64,000 nucleotides of DNA from Bacteroidota bacterium (GCA_026391775.1 JAPLDK010000033.1:3404-67403), one strand, 5' to 3'. Counted from the first letter of the stretch, positions 9,024 to 19,303 are shown. Numbers and translations are program-made. The notes: generated from the letters alone by a model not told the origin.

Positions 9024-10967
9024 ATGGAAAGATCCAAAGAAAGAGATTTAAGAGATCAAAATAAAGACTTTCCGCCCATGAAAATTTTTGATCACATTGA
9101 TATTGCAGACATTCCAAATGCTTTGCTGATTATAGATCCTGAAACACATACGATTCTTGATGGGAACCAACATGCAAAGGATTTATTCGGGGGTCAGGGA
9201 AAAAATCTGGCAGGATCTGACTGTCAAACGATAGTCTGTGATAATCCCGCAAATTGTCCTTTCAGGGAAAATAACTCAGTCAAATTAAGTCCATCTGAAA
9301 CTATAATCAGAAAAGACGGAAAAGATATACATGTGATCAAGTCTTTCCATGAAACAGTCCTGGATGGAAAGCGGTATATCATTGAAAACATTTATGATCT
9401 GCAATTGCTCAGGGAGGCCGAGATAGAAATTATACAACAGGAAAAGCATTTGAAAGGTATCTATGAAAACGCTACTGTGGGGATGGTCCTGTTGGACATG
9501 AATGGCAACTTTTTCCAGGTTAACAAAGCCTTCTGTGAAATGCTACAGTATTCTGAGGAAGAACTCCTTTCAAGAAAGCTTACCGTAACACATCCCGACG
9601 ATCTCGAATCCAGTGAATATATTCTGGCACAGCTCAGGTCAGGTAAGATCTCAAGGAACATCATGGAGAAACGTTATGTTCGTAAAGACGGGCAGCTCAT
9701 CTTTGTCCTCCATAATGCATCGGTCATGCGGGATCATGAAGGGAATCCGTTATATTTTCTGATCCAGGCACAGGACATAACATATTTAAAAACGGCCCTT
9801 CTCAAAGCAATGGAATCATACCAGCTGAAAACACATTTTCTTCAGAACCTCAGCCATGAAGTAAGAACACCGGCAAATGCGATTTTTGGATTCTGGGAAT
9901 TGATGAAATCACCTTCCATTACCGAATCTGAGCGGGATGAATATATGAATCACCTCCAGGGTGGGGTTGAACAGTTCATGAAGATCATCAATGATATTGT
10001 TGACATGTCAAAGATAGAAACCAGGCAGTTTGAACTTCATCATTCAGTTTTCGATGTGAATACAATGGTTTCAGAATTACACAGGGAATATCATAGGAAA
10101 TTTTATGAACTATGTACAGCCGGGGTCGATTTTACTGTCTTTATGCCCTCCGACTCCTTTGATTTAAAGCTTGAATCGGACTTTGGCAGGGTTAAGCAGA
10201 TCCTGAAAAATCTTTTGGACAACGCATTTAAATTCACCACTTTTGGCCAAATTACAATAGGCTGTCACATACTCCCTGAAAAGGAAATTATTCTTTTTGT
10301 AAAGGACAGCGGTATAGGTATCCCGAAAGAAAAGCTTAACCTGATATTTGGAAAATTCAGGCAGGGGGATGAGTCCAGTACCAGAAAATACGGAGGACTT
10401 GGACTTGGCCTCACCCTGTCAAAAGAGATTGCAGAACTTCTGGGCGGCCGCCTTTGGTTGACATCGGAATACGGAAATGGGACTTCGGTTTTTCTCGCTT
10501 TACCTTATAAAGGAAATGCCTTTGCTGTAAATACTGCTCCAATGGAAAAACAGGAGTATGATATTCCCGATCTGACTGGTAAAACAATTCTTATTGCAGA
10601 GGATGTTGATAATAATTTCCTGGTTCTTGACAGGTTTCTTGTAAAAAGCAATGCAAGGATACTGAGGGCAAGAAACGGGCTTGAGGCCATTGAAATATGC
10701 CGGAACGAGACACAAATTGACCTGGTGTTAATGGATGTACAAATGCCTGTTATAAATGGCTATGAAGCAACACGTGAGATTCTCAGGATGAAACCGGGAA
10801 TACCTGTAATTGCACAAACAGCTTATTCCGTAGATTTCGATGAGCAAAGTGCAGTAACAGCAGGATGCATTGCATACATGGTGAAGCCCCTGAATATGCA
10901 CGAAGTGTTTTCACTGGTGAGTAAATATGTAACATTACGCAACAATAACGAGTCTGTTGACCATTGA
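9024..10967 (+). CDS. PAS-domain hybrid sensor histidine kinase / response regulator
   Basis: Two PAS regions (THPDD, RKDG), SHEVRTP H-box, NLLDNAFKFT, GLGLGL, C-terminal REC (LMDVQMP). Confidence 0.92.
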   Translation: MERSKERDLRDQNKDFPPMKIFDHIDIADIPNALLIIDPETHTILDGNQHAKDLFGGQGKNLAGSDCQTIVCDNPANCPFRENNSVKLSPSETIIRKDGKDIHVIKSFHETVLDGKRYIIENIYDLQLLREAEIEIIQQEKHLKGIYENATVGMVLLDMNGNFFQVNKAFCEMLQYSEEELLSRKLTVTHPDDLESSEYILAQLRSGKISRNIMEKRYVRKDGQLIFVLHNASVMRDHEGNPLYFLIQAQDITYLKTALLKAMESYQLKTHFLQNLSHEVRTPANAIFGFWELMKSPSITESERDEYMNHLQGGVEQFMKIINDIVDMSKIETRQFELHHSVFDVNTMVSELHREYHRKFYELCTAGVDFTVFMPSDSFDLKLESDFGRVKQILKNLLDNAFKFTTFGQITIGCHILPEKEIILFVKDSGIGIPKEKLNLIFGKFRQGDESSTRKYGGLGLGLTLSKEIAELLGGRLWLTSEYGNGTSVFLALPYKGNAFAVNTAPMEKQEYDIPDLTGKTILIAEDVDNNFLVLDRFLVKSNARILRARNGLEAIEICRNETQIDLVLMDVQMPVINGYEATREILRMKPGIPVIAQTAYSVDFDEQSAVTAGCIAYMVKPLNMHEVFSLVSKYVTLRNNNESVDH

Positions 10968-11005
10968 TTTATCCTCTATTTTTCAAACCATTTAATCCTG
11001 ACACA

Positions 11006-14000
11006 ATGAAAAAAATCATTGCTTTCCTTCTTTTTATCTTCCTGGCCTCCGCTGCGATCTGCCAGGACAATCCTCTCTGGATGCGTTATTCAGCAATTTC
11101 TCCCGATGGACAAACAATCCTTTTCTGCTATAAGGGCGACATCTGGTCGGTCCCTTCTGCAGGCGGGTCAGCCGCTCCTCTTACACTCACCGATTCCTAT
11201 GAATATTCGCCGGTATGGAGCCATGACGGTAAAACCATTGCATTCGCTTCCGACCGCAACGGCAATTTCGATATTTTCGTTATGCCCGCAGCAGGAGGCG
11301 CAGCATCAAGGCTTACTTTCATTTCAAACAAGGAAGTCCCCAGCAGCTTTACTGCGAATGATAAAGATGTGATTTTTTCGGCTTACCGCCAGGATGTTTC
11401 AACAAACGCCCAGTTTCCCATTTCACTGATGAGCGAGCTCTATACCGTACCGGTTGCCGGGGGAAAAGTCTCGCTTTTGCTGCCCACGCCGGCACTCGAA
11501 GCCACACCGACATCCACAGGCGACAAAATGATATTTGAAGATATCAAAGGTTATGAGAACGAATGGCGCAAGCATCATACTTCAGCCATTGCCCGTGATA
11601 TCTGGGTTTACGACTTCAATTCGGCAAAATACAAAAAGCTTACCAGTTTCAATGGAGAGGACCGTAACCCGGTGTTTGATGCAAATGACAATGATTTCTA
11701 TTACCTGAGCGAACAAAGCGGTTCCTTTAATATATTTAAGAGTTCTCTGTCGGATCCTTCCAAAACCACCGCTATCACACATTTTTCTAAAAACCCTGTA
11801 CGTTTTCTTACCAGGTCCAAAAATAACATGCTTTGTTTTACTTATGACGGAGAGATCTATACCCTCCAGCCCGGCGGGGAACCAAAAAAAGTCAGCGTCA
11901 GGATCAATGCCGACGGCCGCAGTCCTCAGGAACGCATTACCCCGGTAAATGACGGATTCACCGAAATGAGGCTGGCCCCGAACGGAAAGGAGTTTGTATA
12001 TGTTTTCCGCGGGGAGATCTTTGTAAGCAGCGTCGATGGCGGAATTACCAAGCGAATCACCAATACACCTTACCAGGAACGCAACGTGAGCTTCAGCCCC
12101 GACGGCCGTTCACTTGTTTATGCAGCGGAAGTCAATGGCAGCTGGGATGTTTATACAACTTCCATTGTACGAAAAGAGGAACCCTATTTCTATGCCTCAA
12201 CCGTTTTGAAGGCGGAACCGCTTGTTGCTACCGCTGCTGAGGAATTCCAACCCGAATATTCCCCCGATGGCAAGGAAGTGGCTTACCTTGAGAACAGGGT
12301 AGCGCTCAATGTCATCAACCTGGCAAGTAAAACGACCCGGATGATCATGCCGGCCAATGTGAATTACTCCTATGCCGACGGGGACCAGTACTATCAATGG
12401 TCGCCCGACAGCAAATGGTTCCTGGTGCAGTTCTCATATCCCGAACGGATCTTCACTCCCGAAGTTGGCCTTGTTTCCGCCGACGGCAAGGGCGAGATCC
12501 ACAACCTGACCCTTAGCGGTTATAATGATTATTATCCAAAGTGGTCGGTCGATGGCAAGATGTTCATTTGGGGAAGCGACCGCGACGGCACACGCGACCA
12601 GGGAGGCAACCTCTCAAGCGATGATGTATTTGCCATGTTCCTTACCAAAGCTGCCTTCGAGAGGTTCAAACTTTCAAAAGAGGAGCTTGCCCTGGTAAAA
12701 GAACAGGAAGAAAAGGCCGAAAAGGAGAAAAAGAAATCCGATGAAAAGGCAAAATCCAAAACTGACAAGAAAGCAAAAACCGATACCGCTGCAAAGGATT
12801 CTGCAAAGGTAAAGGTGGTTATCGACTGGGAAAACCTCACTGAGCGTAAGGCCAAACTCACCGTTCACACTTCGCCGGCCAGCGACTGGTTGCTTTCGAA
12901 GGACTGCGAAAAGCTCTATTACCTTACCAGTTTTGAGAAGGATAATGACCTCTGGATGACCGATCTGAGAGCCAAAGAAACCAAGCTGTTTGCAAAGATC
13001 GGGGCTAAAAGTGCTAACATACAGCTTTCTTCGGATGGTAAATTTATTTTAATGATGGCTGATGGCAAACCCATGAAGATAGACGCCGAGAGCGGCAAAG
13101 CAGAACCCCTGAAAACCTCGGGCGAGATGCTTATCAAACCTGCCGATGAACGTTCCTATATCTTCGACCATGCCTGGAGGCAGTTCAAGGAAAAGTTCTA
13201 TGTAGTGGATATGCAGGGCGTCGACTGGGATTATTATTACAAGGTCTATAAGAAGTTCCTGCCCTATGTTAATAACAATTATGATTTTGCAGAAATGCTG
13301 AGCGAGATGCTGGGCGAGATGAATGCCTCACATACCGGATGCGGCTACCGTTCAGGGAAGCCGAACACCGACCAGACCGCCGACCTCGGGCTTTTCTACG
13401 ATTACGATTACAAGGGCAAGGGATTAAAGATATCCGAAGTCATTGAAGGCGGACCGCTTGATAAGGCCATATCGAAAGTTAAAGCGGGAAATGTTATTGA
13501 AAAACTCGATGGAATTGTGCTCAACGACACCATGGATTTTTACAGTCTCCTGAACCGTAAAACCGGCAAGTTAACCCTGCTTTCGGTGTATAATCCTTCA
13601 ACCGGCGACCGCTGGGAGGAAAGCGTAAAACCCATCAGCATAGGCGAAGCCAACGAACTGCTGTACAAACGTTGGGTGAAGAACCGCCGTGCCGAAGTGG
13701 AGCAGCTTTCCGGCGGAAAGATCGGCTATGTTCACGTACGTTCCATGGATGATGCCAGTATGAGGGTGGTTTTTGAGGAAGCCCTTGGTCGCAATTTTGA
13801 AAAGAAAGCACTGATAGTTGATACCCGCTTCAACGGGGGCGGTAATATTCATGAACAGCTTTCCGATTTCCTGAGTGGTAAAAAATACATCGATATTATT
13901 CCCCACGGGCAGTATATCGGTTCCGAGCCATATGACAAATGGGTGAAGCCGTCTATCGTGATCATTGGCGAAAGCAATTACTCCGATGCTCACTTGTTCC

Positions 14001-14260
14001 CCGTTGCCTATAAGCTGAAGAACATAGGGAAGACACTTGGAATGCCTGTTCCGGGCACAGGTACTTTCGTATGGTGGGAAAGCCAGATCGATCCTACCCT
14101 TGTTTTTGGTATTCCTATGGGCGGATGGCGCATGCCCGATGGCAAATTCTGTGAAAACAACCAGCTGGAACCGGATATCAGGATTGCAAACGACCCTGGC
14201 ATTCTCTCATCGGGCCACGATCAGCAGATCGAGGCTGCGGTGACGGAGCTGATGAAATAA
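11006..14260 (+). CDS. S41 family tricorn-like protease with PD40/beta-propeller and PDZ domains
   Basis: SPDG/WSxDG propeller repeats, ASHTG, DTRFNGGGN, ESNYSDAH; start MKKIIAF at 11006. Confidence 0.92.
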   Translation: MKKIIAFLLFIFLASAAICQDNPLWMRYSAISPDGQTILFCYKGDIWSVPSAGGSAAPLTLTDSYEYSPVWSHDGKTIAFASDRNGNFDIFVMPAAGGAASRLTFISNKEVPSSFTANDKDVIFSAYRQDVSTNAQFPISLMSELYTVPVAGGKVSLLLPTPALEATPTSTGDKMIFEDIKGYENEWRKHHTSAIARDIWVYDFNSAKYKKLTSFNGEDRNPVFDANDNDFYYLSEQSGSFNIFKSSLSDPSKTTAITHFSKNPVRFLTRSKNNMLCFTYDGEIYTLQPGGEPKKVSVRINADGRSPQERITPVNDGFTEMRLAPNGKEFVYVFRGEIFVSSVDGGITKRITNTPYQERNVSFSPDGRSLVYAAEVNGSWDVYTTSIVRKEEPYFYASTVLKAEPLVATAAEEFQPEYSPDGKEVAYLENRVALNVINLASKTTRMIMPANVNYSYADGDQYYQWSPDSKWFLVQFSYPERIFTPEVGLVSADGKGEIHNLTLSGYNDYYPKWSVDGKMFIWGSDRDGTRDQGGNLSSDDVFAMFLTKAAFERFKLSKEELALVKEQEEKAEKEKKKSDEKAKSKTDKKAKTDTAAKDSAKVKVVIDWENLTERKAKLTVHTSPASDWLLSKDCEKLYYLTSFEKDNDLWMTDLRAKETKLFAKIGAKSANIQLSSDGKFILMMADGKPMKIDAESGKAEPLKTSGEMLIKPADERSYIFDHAWRQFKEKFYVVDMQGVDWDYYYKVYKKFLPYVNNNYDFAEMLSEMLGEMNASHTGCGYRSGKPNTDQTADLGLFYDYDYKGKGLKISEVIEGGPLDKAISKVKAGNVIEKLDGIVLNDTMDFYSLLNRKTGKLTLLSVYNPSTGDRWEESVKPISIGEANELLYKRWVKNRRAEVEQLSGGKIGYVHVRSMDDASMRVVFEEALGRNFEKKALIVDTRFNGGGNIHEQLSDFLSGKKYIDIIPHGQYIGSEPYDKWVKPSIVIIGESNYSDAHLFPVAYKLKNIGKTLGMPVPGTGTFVWWESQIDPTLVFGIPMGGWRMPDGKFCENNQLEPDIRIANDPGILSSGHDQQIEAAVTELMK

Positions 14261-14297
14261 ATTCATTTACAATACCTTAGCAAAATTATTTTTCACA

Positions 14298-14429
14298 TTG
14301 TATAAATATTCAACACATGTTGAATATTTATACAACACTTATAATAGTACTGATATTCATTCTATTATAAGATTTACATGAAGTCAGTGTATGTTTTTTC
14401 AACACTTTGTTTCGTTTATTTTTTCAACA
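14298..14429. promoter_or_regulatory. Four putative enhancer (UAS) sites, (T/C)GT-N11-ACA with a TTCAACA half-site; the first two form a perfect 18-bp inverted repeat
   Basis: 14299-14315 TGTATAAATATTCAACA, 14318-14334 TGTTGAATATTTATACA, 14388-14404 TGTATGTTTTTTCAACA, 14413-14429 CGTTTATTTTTTCAACA. Confidence 0.65.
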
Positions 14430-14480
14430 CCACATTTTTAATCATTTGAATTTCTTATACTTAGAACGTATTTTTAGCTT

Positions 14481-14495
14481 TGGCATCATTATTGC
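14481..14495 (+). promoter_or_regulatory. Sigma54 (-24/-12) promoter
   Basis: TGGCATCATTATTGC gives GG-N10-GC and matches TGGCAC-N5-TTGC; 38 nt upstream of ATG 14534; a sigma54 activator is encoded in the same locus. Confidence 0.8.
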
Positions 14496-14533
14496 CTAAT
14501 AATGTATAGACATAAATAAGAAATCTTAAAATA

Positions 14534-16225
14534 ATGAAAACCAAAATCTTCACCCTGGTTTGTTTAATACTTTTTTTCTATTGCAACAATCTCAGCAGTA
14601 AAGAAGCAAACAATAAAACCAATTCCGCATCGGGTACAACAAATGTTTACAGCAGTCCCAGGTTATATGACATTGCAAACAAATGGGCGGGAGAATATGC
14701 CCTTTCAAATCCCGGCCAGATCGTTAAGGTTATAAAAACCGAAGAATCAGGGATTGCATCCATTATTAATAAAGGGGATAACATATGCTTTGTTACGAAA
14801 GAAGTTATAGCCTCGGATAAACAGGGACCGGTCTTCCAGGTGGTTGTCGGCAGGGAAATCATTGTTCCCGTAATCAGCCCGAAAAATCCGTTTCTTAAAG
14901 AAATATACGAGAAAGGTATTTCCCGTACAGCCCTGGCCACGAGCCTTGGAACTCCGGGAAAAATGAAATGGGGGACTCTGCTGAACAATAGCCAGAAAAC
15001 CCCTGTAAGATATATTATCCTCGATGATGATTTTATAAAAGCAGGAGTTTCCGGTTTTTTCCATTCTGACCAGGTCTGTATGGAGAGAATAAAAAGTGAA
15101 AACCGGCAAGCTCTGATCTCAGCGGTGCAGAACGACCCTTATGCTATCGGTTTTTGCCGGATGACCGATATTCTCAACTCAAACACATCAACCTTTGCCG
15201 GGAACCTCCTGCTGATGCCAATCGACAAGAATGGCAATGGAAAGATGGATTATATGGAGAAGATCTATGATAATTTCCAGGATTTCTCAAGGGGGGTCTG
15301 GATCGGGAAATACCCGAAAGCCCTGACCAATACTGTTTATTGCATTTCCAAAACTCAACCGTCCGGCAAACCGGAGATCGCTTTCCTCAACTGGATTCTT
15401 ACATCCGGCCAGGCCTTAATGCCGGCAAACGGGTATTCCGATCTGGTAAGCAACGAAAGACAATCACAGCTCTATAAGCTCAACGAACCTCAATATATTG
15501 CCGAAGCTCCTGAAGAAACCAATTCCCTGTGGAAAATTACAATCACAATTCTGGCATTTGTGCTCCTTATCAGTTTCATGCTCGATATTGTGATTAACAG
15601 GTTCAGGACCGGCAATTCAAAGGCAACAGGAATATTGCAGGAAAGGACAGAAGGATTTGGCCAAAGAAATGTGATCGTTCCAAAAGGACTTTATTTTGAC
15701 AAGTCCCATACCTGGGCATTCATGGAACAGGACGGGATGGTCAAAATCGGTATCGATGATTTTCTGCAGCATGTCACCGGCCCTATCACCAGCATCGGGA
15801 TGAAAAGCCCCGGGGTAAGGATCAACAAAGGTGACCAGCTTTGCATCCTTATTCAAAAAGGGAAACATTTGATTGTTCATTCCCCCGTCTCAGGGATTAT
15901 CAGGGAATTTAACCCCGTCTTATCTTCCAATTCATCCGTGATCAACAACTCACCATACTCCGGGGGATGGGTTTACAGGCTGGAGCCCAGCAACTGGTCG
16001 AGGGAAATTGAATTTTTATCAATGGCCGATAAATATAAAGCCTGGTTAAGCAGTGAATTTACACGACTCAGGGATTTTCTGGCCTCTTCATTCCAGGCAG
16101 ATGCTCCCGGGTACGCCCGGCTCACTCTCCAGGATGGCGGTATTCTGAAAGACAATATCCTGGCAGATCTCGGCCCAGAAATATGGGAAGATTTCCAAAC
16201 AAAATTCATCGATACGGTCCGATAA
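14534..16225 (+). CDS. PstS-like periplasmic binding domain, TM helix and glycine cleavage H-like cytoplasmic domain (fusion protein)
   Basis: KWAGEY, IVPVISPKNP, AVQNDPYAIGF, PIDKNGNGKMD, GKYP (PBP-like); TM ITITILAFVLLISFML; LYFDKSHTWA, KIGIDDF, SPVSG, INNSPYSGGW (GcvH-like). Confidence 0.8.
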   Translation: MKTKIFTLVCLILFFYCNNLSSKEANNKTNSASGTTNVYSSPRLYDIANKWAGEYALSNPGQIVKVIKTEESGIASIINKGDNICFVTKEVIASDKQGPVFQVVVGREIIVPVISPKNPFLKEIYEKGISRTALATSLGTPGKMKWGTLLNNSQKTPVRYIILDDDFIKAGVSGFFHSDQVCMERIKSENRQALISAVQNDPYAIGFCRMTDILNSNTSTFAGNLLLMPIDKNGNGKMDYMEKIYDNFQDFSRGVWIGKYPKALTNTVYCISKTQPSGKPEIAFLNWILTSGQALMPANGYSDLVSNERQSQLYKLNEPQYIAEAPEETNSLWKITITILAFVLLISFMLDIVINRFRTGNSKATGILQERTEGFGQRNVIVPKGLYFDKSHTWAFMEQDGMVKIGIDDFLQHVTGPITSIGMKSPGVRINKGDQLCILIQKGKHLIVHSPVSGIIREFNPVLSSNSSVINNSPYSGGWVYRLEPSNWSREIEFLSMADKYKAWLSSEFTRLRDFLASSFQADAPGYARLTLQDGGILKDNILADLGPEIWEDFQTKFIDTVR

Positions 16226-16245
16226 ACTTTCCGTTTCGTGTTTGT

Positions 16246-16278
16246 AAAAAAACTGGTGTCAGATCGCCGGTTTTTTTT
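16246..16278 (+). terminator. Probable intrinsic terminator between the fusion gene and the kinase
   Basis: A7-CTGGTG / TCAGAT loop / CGCCGG-T8; the G-U pairs form only on the + strand. Confidence 0.55.
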
Positions 16279-16300
16279 ATATTGCAGAGAAAATCAACAT

Positions 16301-17953
16301 ATGGATAAGAATAGTACGATAAAGTCAATTTTCAGAAAGTACGTACAATTCCGTTCATCTATATACAGCCGGGTTGTTTTTGTCATCTTTGTTTCTTCCG
16401 TTTTACTTTTTGTTTCATTCAGCATCATTTTCCGTTCGGTAAACGAACAATACCTGAATACCGTGATCCGCCAGAATGGCAATAACATCGGTTCCATTGT
16501 CGGCGGGTCACTTTATCATTCCATGCTCGAGAATGACAAAAGCACCCTGCAGAACACCTTGGATATAATAAATACCATGCCGGGCATCGATGAGGTCAAT
16601 ATGTACGACAGCAAGGACAACCTGGTGTATACATCCATTCCTTCCGATACAAACAATTATCACAGCAACCCCAATTGCATCAGCTGCCACAACAATCTTA
16701 AAACCATGTTTCCCGGGAAAGGGAAACATTACAAGATCATCGATGCCGACAACTATTGCAGGATGACCTACAAGGATAATAAAAGCCGGCACCTGCTGAT
16801 CAAATTGCCGATTCTTAACGAGAAATCCTGTTACGAGAGTTCCTGTCACGCACACCCGGCCAGGGACGAGGTACTTGGTTCCCTTATCATAAAAATCCCC
16901 CTTGCCGACCTTGACGCAGCCATACAGAAATCATCGACCGAATTTTTCCTGCTGGCCATCCTTACTACCTTGATCCTGGTTGGGGTTCTGATAATATTTA
17001 CCCGGCAAAGAATTAAAAAACCCTTAAATGCTTTGGTAAAAGCCAGCACCGCCGTTGCTCAAGGCGATACCAGCACACGGCTCGAGATCAAGCCCAACCA
17101 GCTCGAAGACATGAAGATGGTTTCCCAGGCTTTCAACGAAATGCTTGATAACCTGCAGGCCGCCACAAACGAACTGGAAAACTGGTCCCAGCAGCTGGAA
17201 TATAAAGTAAGGAAGAAATCGGAAGAATTAAGCGCCGCCCAGAATGAGATGATCCATATCGAACGGCTTGCTTCCTTGGGGAAATTGTCATCCTCGGTGG
17301 CTCATGAAATCAACAACCCCTTATCGGGGATCCTCATCTATGCAAAGCTTATTTATAAACAACTCAGCAACCCCGAATTATATGCAAGCAAGCGGGAGTC
17401 CATGCTGAAACATTTAAAACTGATCGAGAACGAAGCGAAGCGCTGCGGTGATATTGTAAAAGGCCTTCTTGAGTTTTCGAAAAAAGACCAGGAGGATTTC
17501 GAACCCAGGCATTTACATGAGATCCTGCTGGAAACCTATGAACTGATGACCCATCCCATTAAAATTGCAAATATTCATTTTTATACCGATTTCCTTGCAA
17601 CCTCCGACCTGATCTATTGCAGCCCAAACCAGATCAAGCAGGCCTGTATAGCCATACTGGTAAATTCAAGCGAGGCAGTGCATGAGAACGGGGAAATAAT
17701 CATCCGGACACTTAATCCAAATGAAGAAACCCTGAGATTCGAGATCATTGACAATGGCATCGGGATCTCTGCGGAAGACATCCCCCATATTTTCGAACCT
17801 TTCTTCTCGACCAAGCAAAAAGCCAGCGGGATCGGCCTCGGGCTGGCGATTGTCCACGGAATCGTACAAAGCCATAACGGCAAAATACAGGTGAAATCCG
17901 AGCCGGGAAACGGAACTGCCTTTTCAATAACATTACCCCTGATCAGAAATTAA
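16301..17953 (+). CDS. Sensor histidine kinase with periplasmic CxxCH motif, HAMP, HisKA and HATPase
   Basis: Two TMs, CISCH and CYESSCH in the periplasmic loop, VAHEINNPL H-box, FEPFFSTK..GIGLGL; start MDKNST at 16301. Confidence 0.9.
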   Translation: MDKNSTIKSIFRKYVQFRSSIYSRVVFVIFVSSVLLFVSFSIIFRSVNEQYLNTVIRQNGNNIGSIVGGSLYHSMLENDKSTLQNTLDIINTMPGIDEVNMYDSKDNLVYTSIPSDTNNYHSNPNCISCHNNLKTMFPGKGKHYKIIDADNYCRMTYKDNKSRHLLIKLPILNEKSCYESSCHAHPARDEVLGSLIIKIPLADLDAAIQKSSTEFFLLAILTTLILVGVLIIFTRQRIKKPLNALVKASTAVAQGDTSTRLEIKPNQLEDMKMVSQAFNEMLDNLQAATNELENWSQQLEYKVRKKSEELSAAQNEMIHIERLASLGKLSSSVAHEINNPLSGILIYAKLIYKQLSNPELYASKRESMLKHLKLIENEAKRCGDIVKGLLEFSKKDQEDFEPRHLHEILLETYELMTHPIKIANIHFYTDFLATSDLIYCSPNQIKQACIAILVNSSEAVHENGEIIIRTLNPNEETLRFEIIDNGIGISAEDIPHIFEPFFSTKQKASGIGLGLAIVHGIVQSHNGKIQVKSEPGNGTAFSITLPLIRN

Positions 17954-17965
17954 GATAAAGAAATA

Positions 17966-19303
17966 ATGGCCAGAAAAATTTCAATTTTAGTCGTTGATGA
18001 TGAAGAATCGGTAAGAGATTCATTAAGCAACTGGTTTATTGAAGACGGCTACCGGGTGGAGTGTGCCGAAAATGCGAGGAAAGCTCTGCTTCTCATCGAA
18101 TCCTCCTATTTTGACATCATCCTTGCAGATATCAAGATGCCCGGCATGGACGGGCTGGAGATGCTGAGGCGGATCAAATCACTGAGAAACGATGCCATCG
18201 TGATCGTGATGACAGCCTTCGCTTCGGTCAATACGGCAGTCATGGCCCTGAAGGACGGGGCTTTTGATTATGTTACAAAACCATTTGATCCCGATGACCT
18301 TTCCCATCTGATACGGAATGCTTCAAAACAGATCCTCCTGGCCCAGGAGAACGAAACCCTTAGAAACAAAGTTGTTTCCCTGGAAAGTGTCGAAGACCTG
18401 ATCGGGAACAGCGAGGCCATGAAAAAGGTTCTCAAGCAGGTAGAGAGTGTTGCACAGTCAAATTCTTCCGTCATTATCACAGGTGAAAGTGGTACCGGGA
18501 AAGAATTGATAGCCAGGGCGATTCATGCGAATTCCTCCCGGAAATACTATCCCCTGGTGAGCGTGCATTGCGGCGCCCTTACCGAAAGCCTGCTCGAAAG
18601 CGAGTTGTTCGGCCATGAGAAAGGAGCATTCACCGGTGCGATGTATAACCGGAAAGGCAGGTTTGAGATGGCCGACAGCGGTACCATCTTCCTGGATGAG
18701 ATTGCCACCATTTCCCCCAAGATGCAGATCGAACTCCTGAGGGTCCTCGAAACAAAATCCTTCGTGAGGGTTGGCGGGAACAAAGAAACTTCTTCAGACT
18801 TCCGGGTCATTTGCGCAACCAACCGGGACCTGAAGAGCATGGTCGAACAGGGTTCCTTCAGGGAGGATCTCTATTACCGCCTGAATGTTGTGAACATTAA
18901 CGTGCCTCCCCTGCGCGAAAGGGTTGAGGACATCCCCCTTCTGGTCGATTACTTCATAAAAAAATACTGCACTACGATGAACAAGCCGCCCATCAATATA
19001 GATGACGCGGCAATGCAAAGGATGGAGGAATATCCCTTTCCCGGGAATATACGTGAGCTTGAAAACATGATCGAAAGGGCTATCGTAATCGGAAACGGGA
19101 AGAAAATCACCTTAAAGGACCTGCCCCTGGGTAAGGATATGATCGATAATTCAATAGAAAGCCTGGATGATTTCGAAAAAACCTTCATCCTCCAAATCCT
19201 TAATAAATACAGCTGGAATATCACACGCACGGCCAAGGCATTGAAAGTCGACAGGGTGACGCTTTACAACAAGATCAAAAAATATGATCTGAAGCCTGAT
19301 TAA
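17966..19303 (+). CDS. Sigma54-dependent response regulator (NtrC/AtoC family)
   Basis: REC (ADIKMP), GESGTGKE, ESELFGHEKGAFTGA, FLDEI, Fis-type HTH. Confidence 0.95.
   Translation: MARKISILVVDDEESVRDSLSNWFIEDGYRVECAENARKALLLIESSYFDIILADIKMPGMDGLEMLRRIKSLRNDAIVIVMTAFASVNTAVMALKDGAFDYVTKPFDPDDLSHLIRNASKQILLAQENETLRNKVVSLESVEDLIGNSEAMKKVLKQVESVAQSNSSVIITGESGTGKELIARAIHANSSRKYYPLVSVHCGALTESLLESELFGHEKGAFTGAMYNRKGRFEMADSGTIFLDEIATISPKMQIELLRVLETKSFVRVGGNKETSSDFRVICATNRDLKSMVEQGSFREDLYYRLNVVNINVPPLRERVEDIPLLVDYFIKKYCTTMNKPPINIDDAAMQRMEEYPFPGNIRELENMIERAIVIGNGKKITLKDLPLGKDMIDNSIESLDDFEKTFILQILNKYSWNITRTAKALKVDRVTLYNKIKKYDLKPD

Noticed and set aside
14534-16225. Calling this gene pstS or gcvH
   Set aside because: It is a fusion with degenerate functional motifs and no partner genes, so neither symbol is justified
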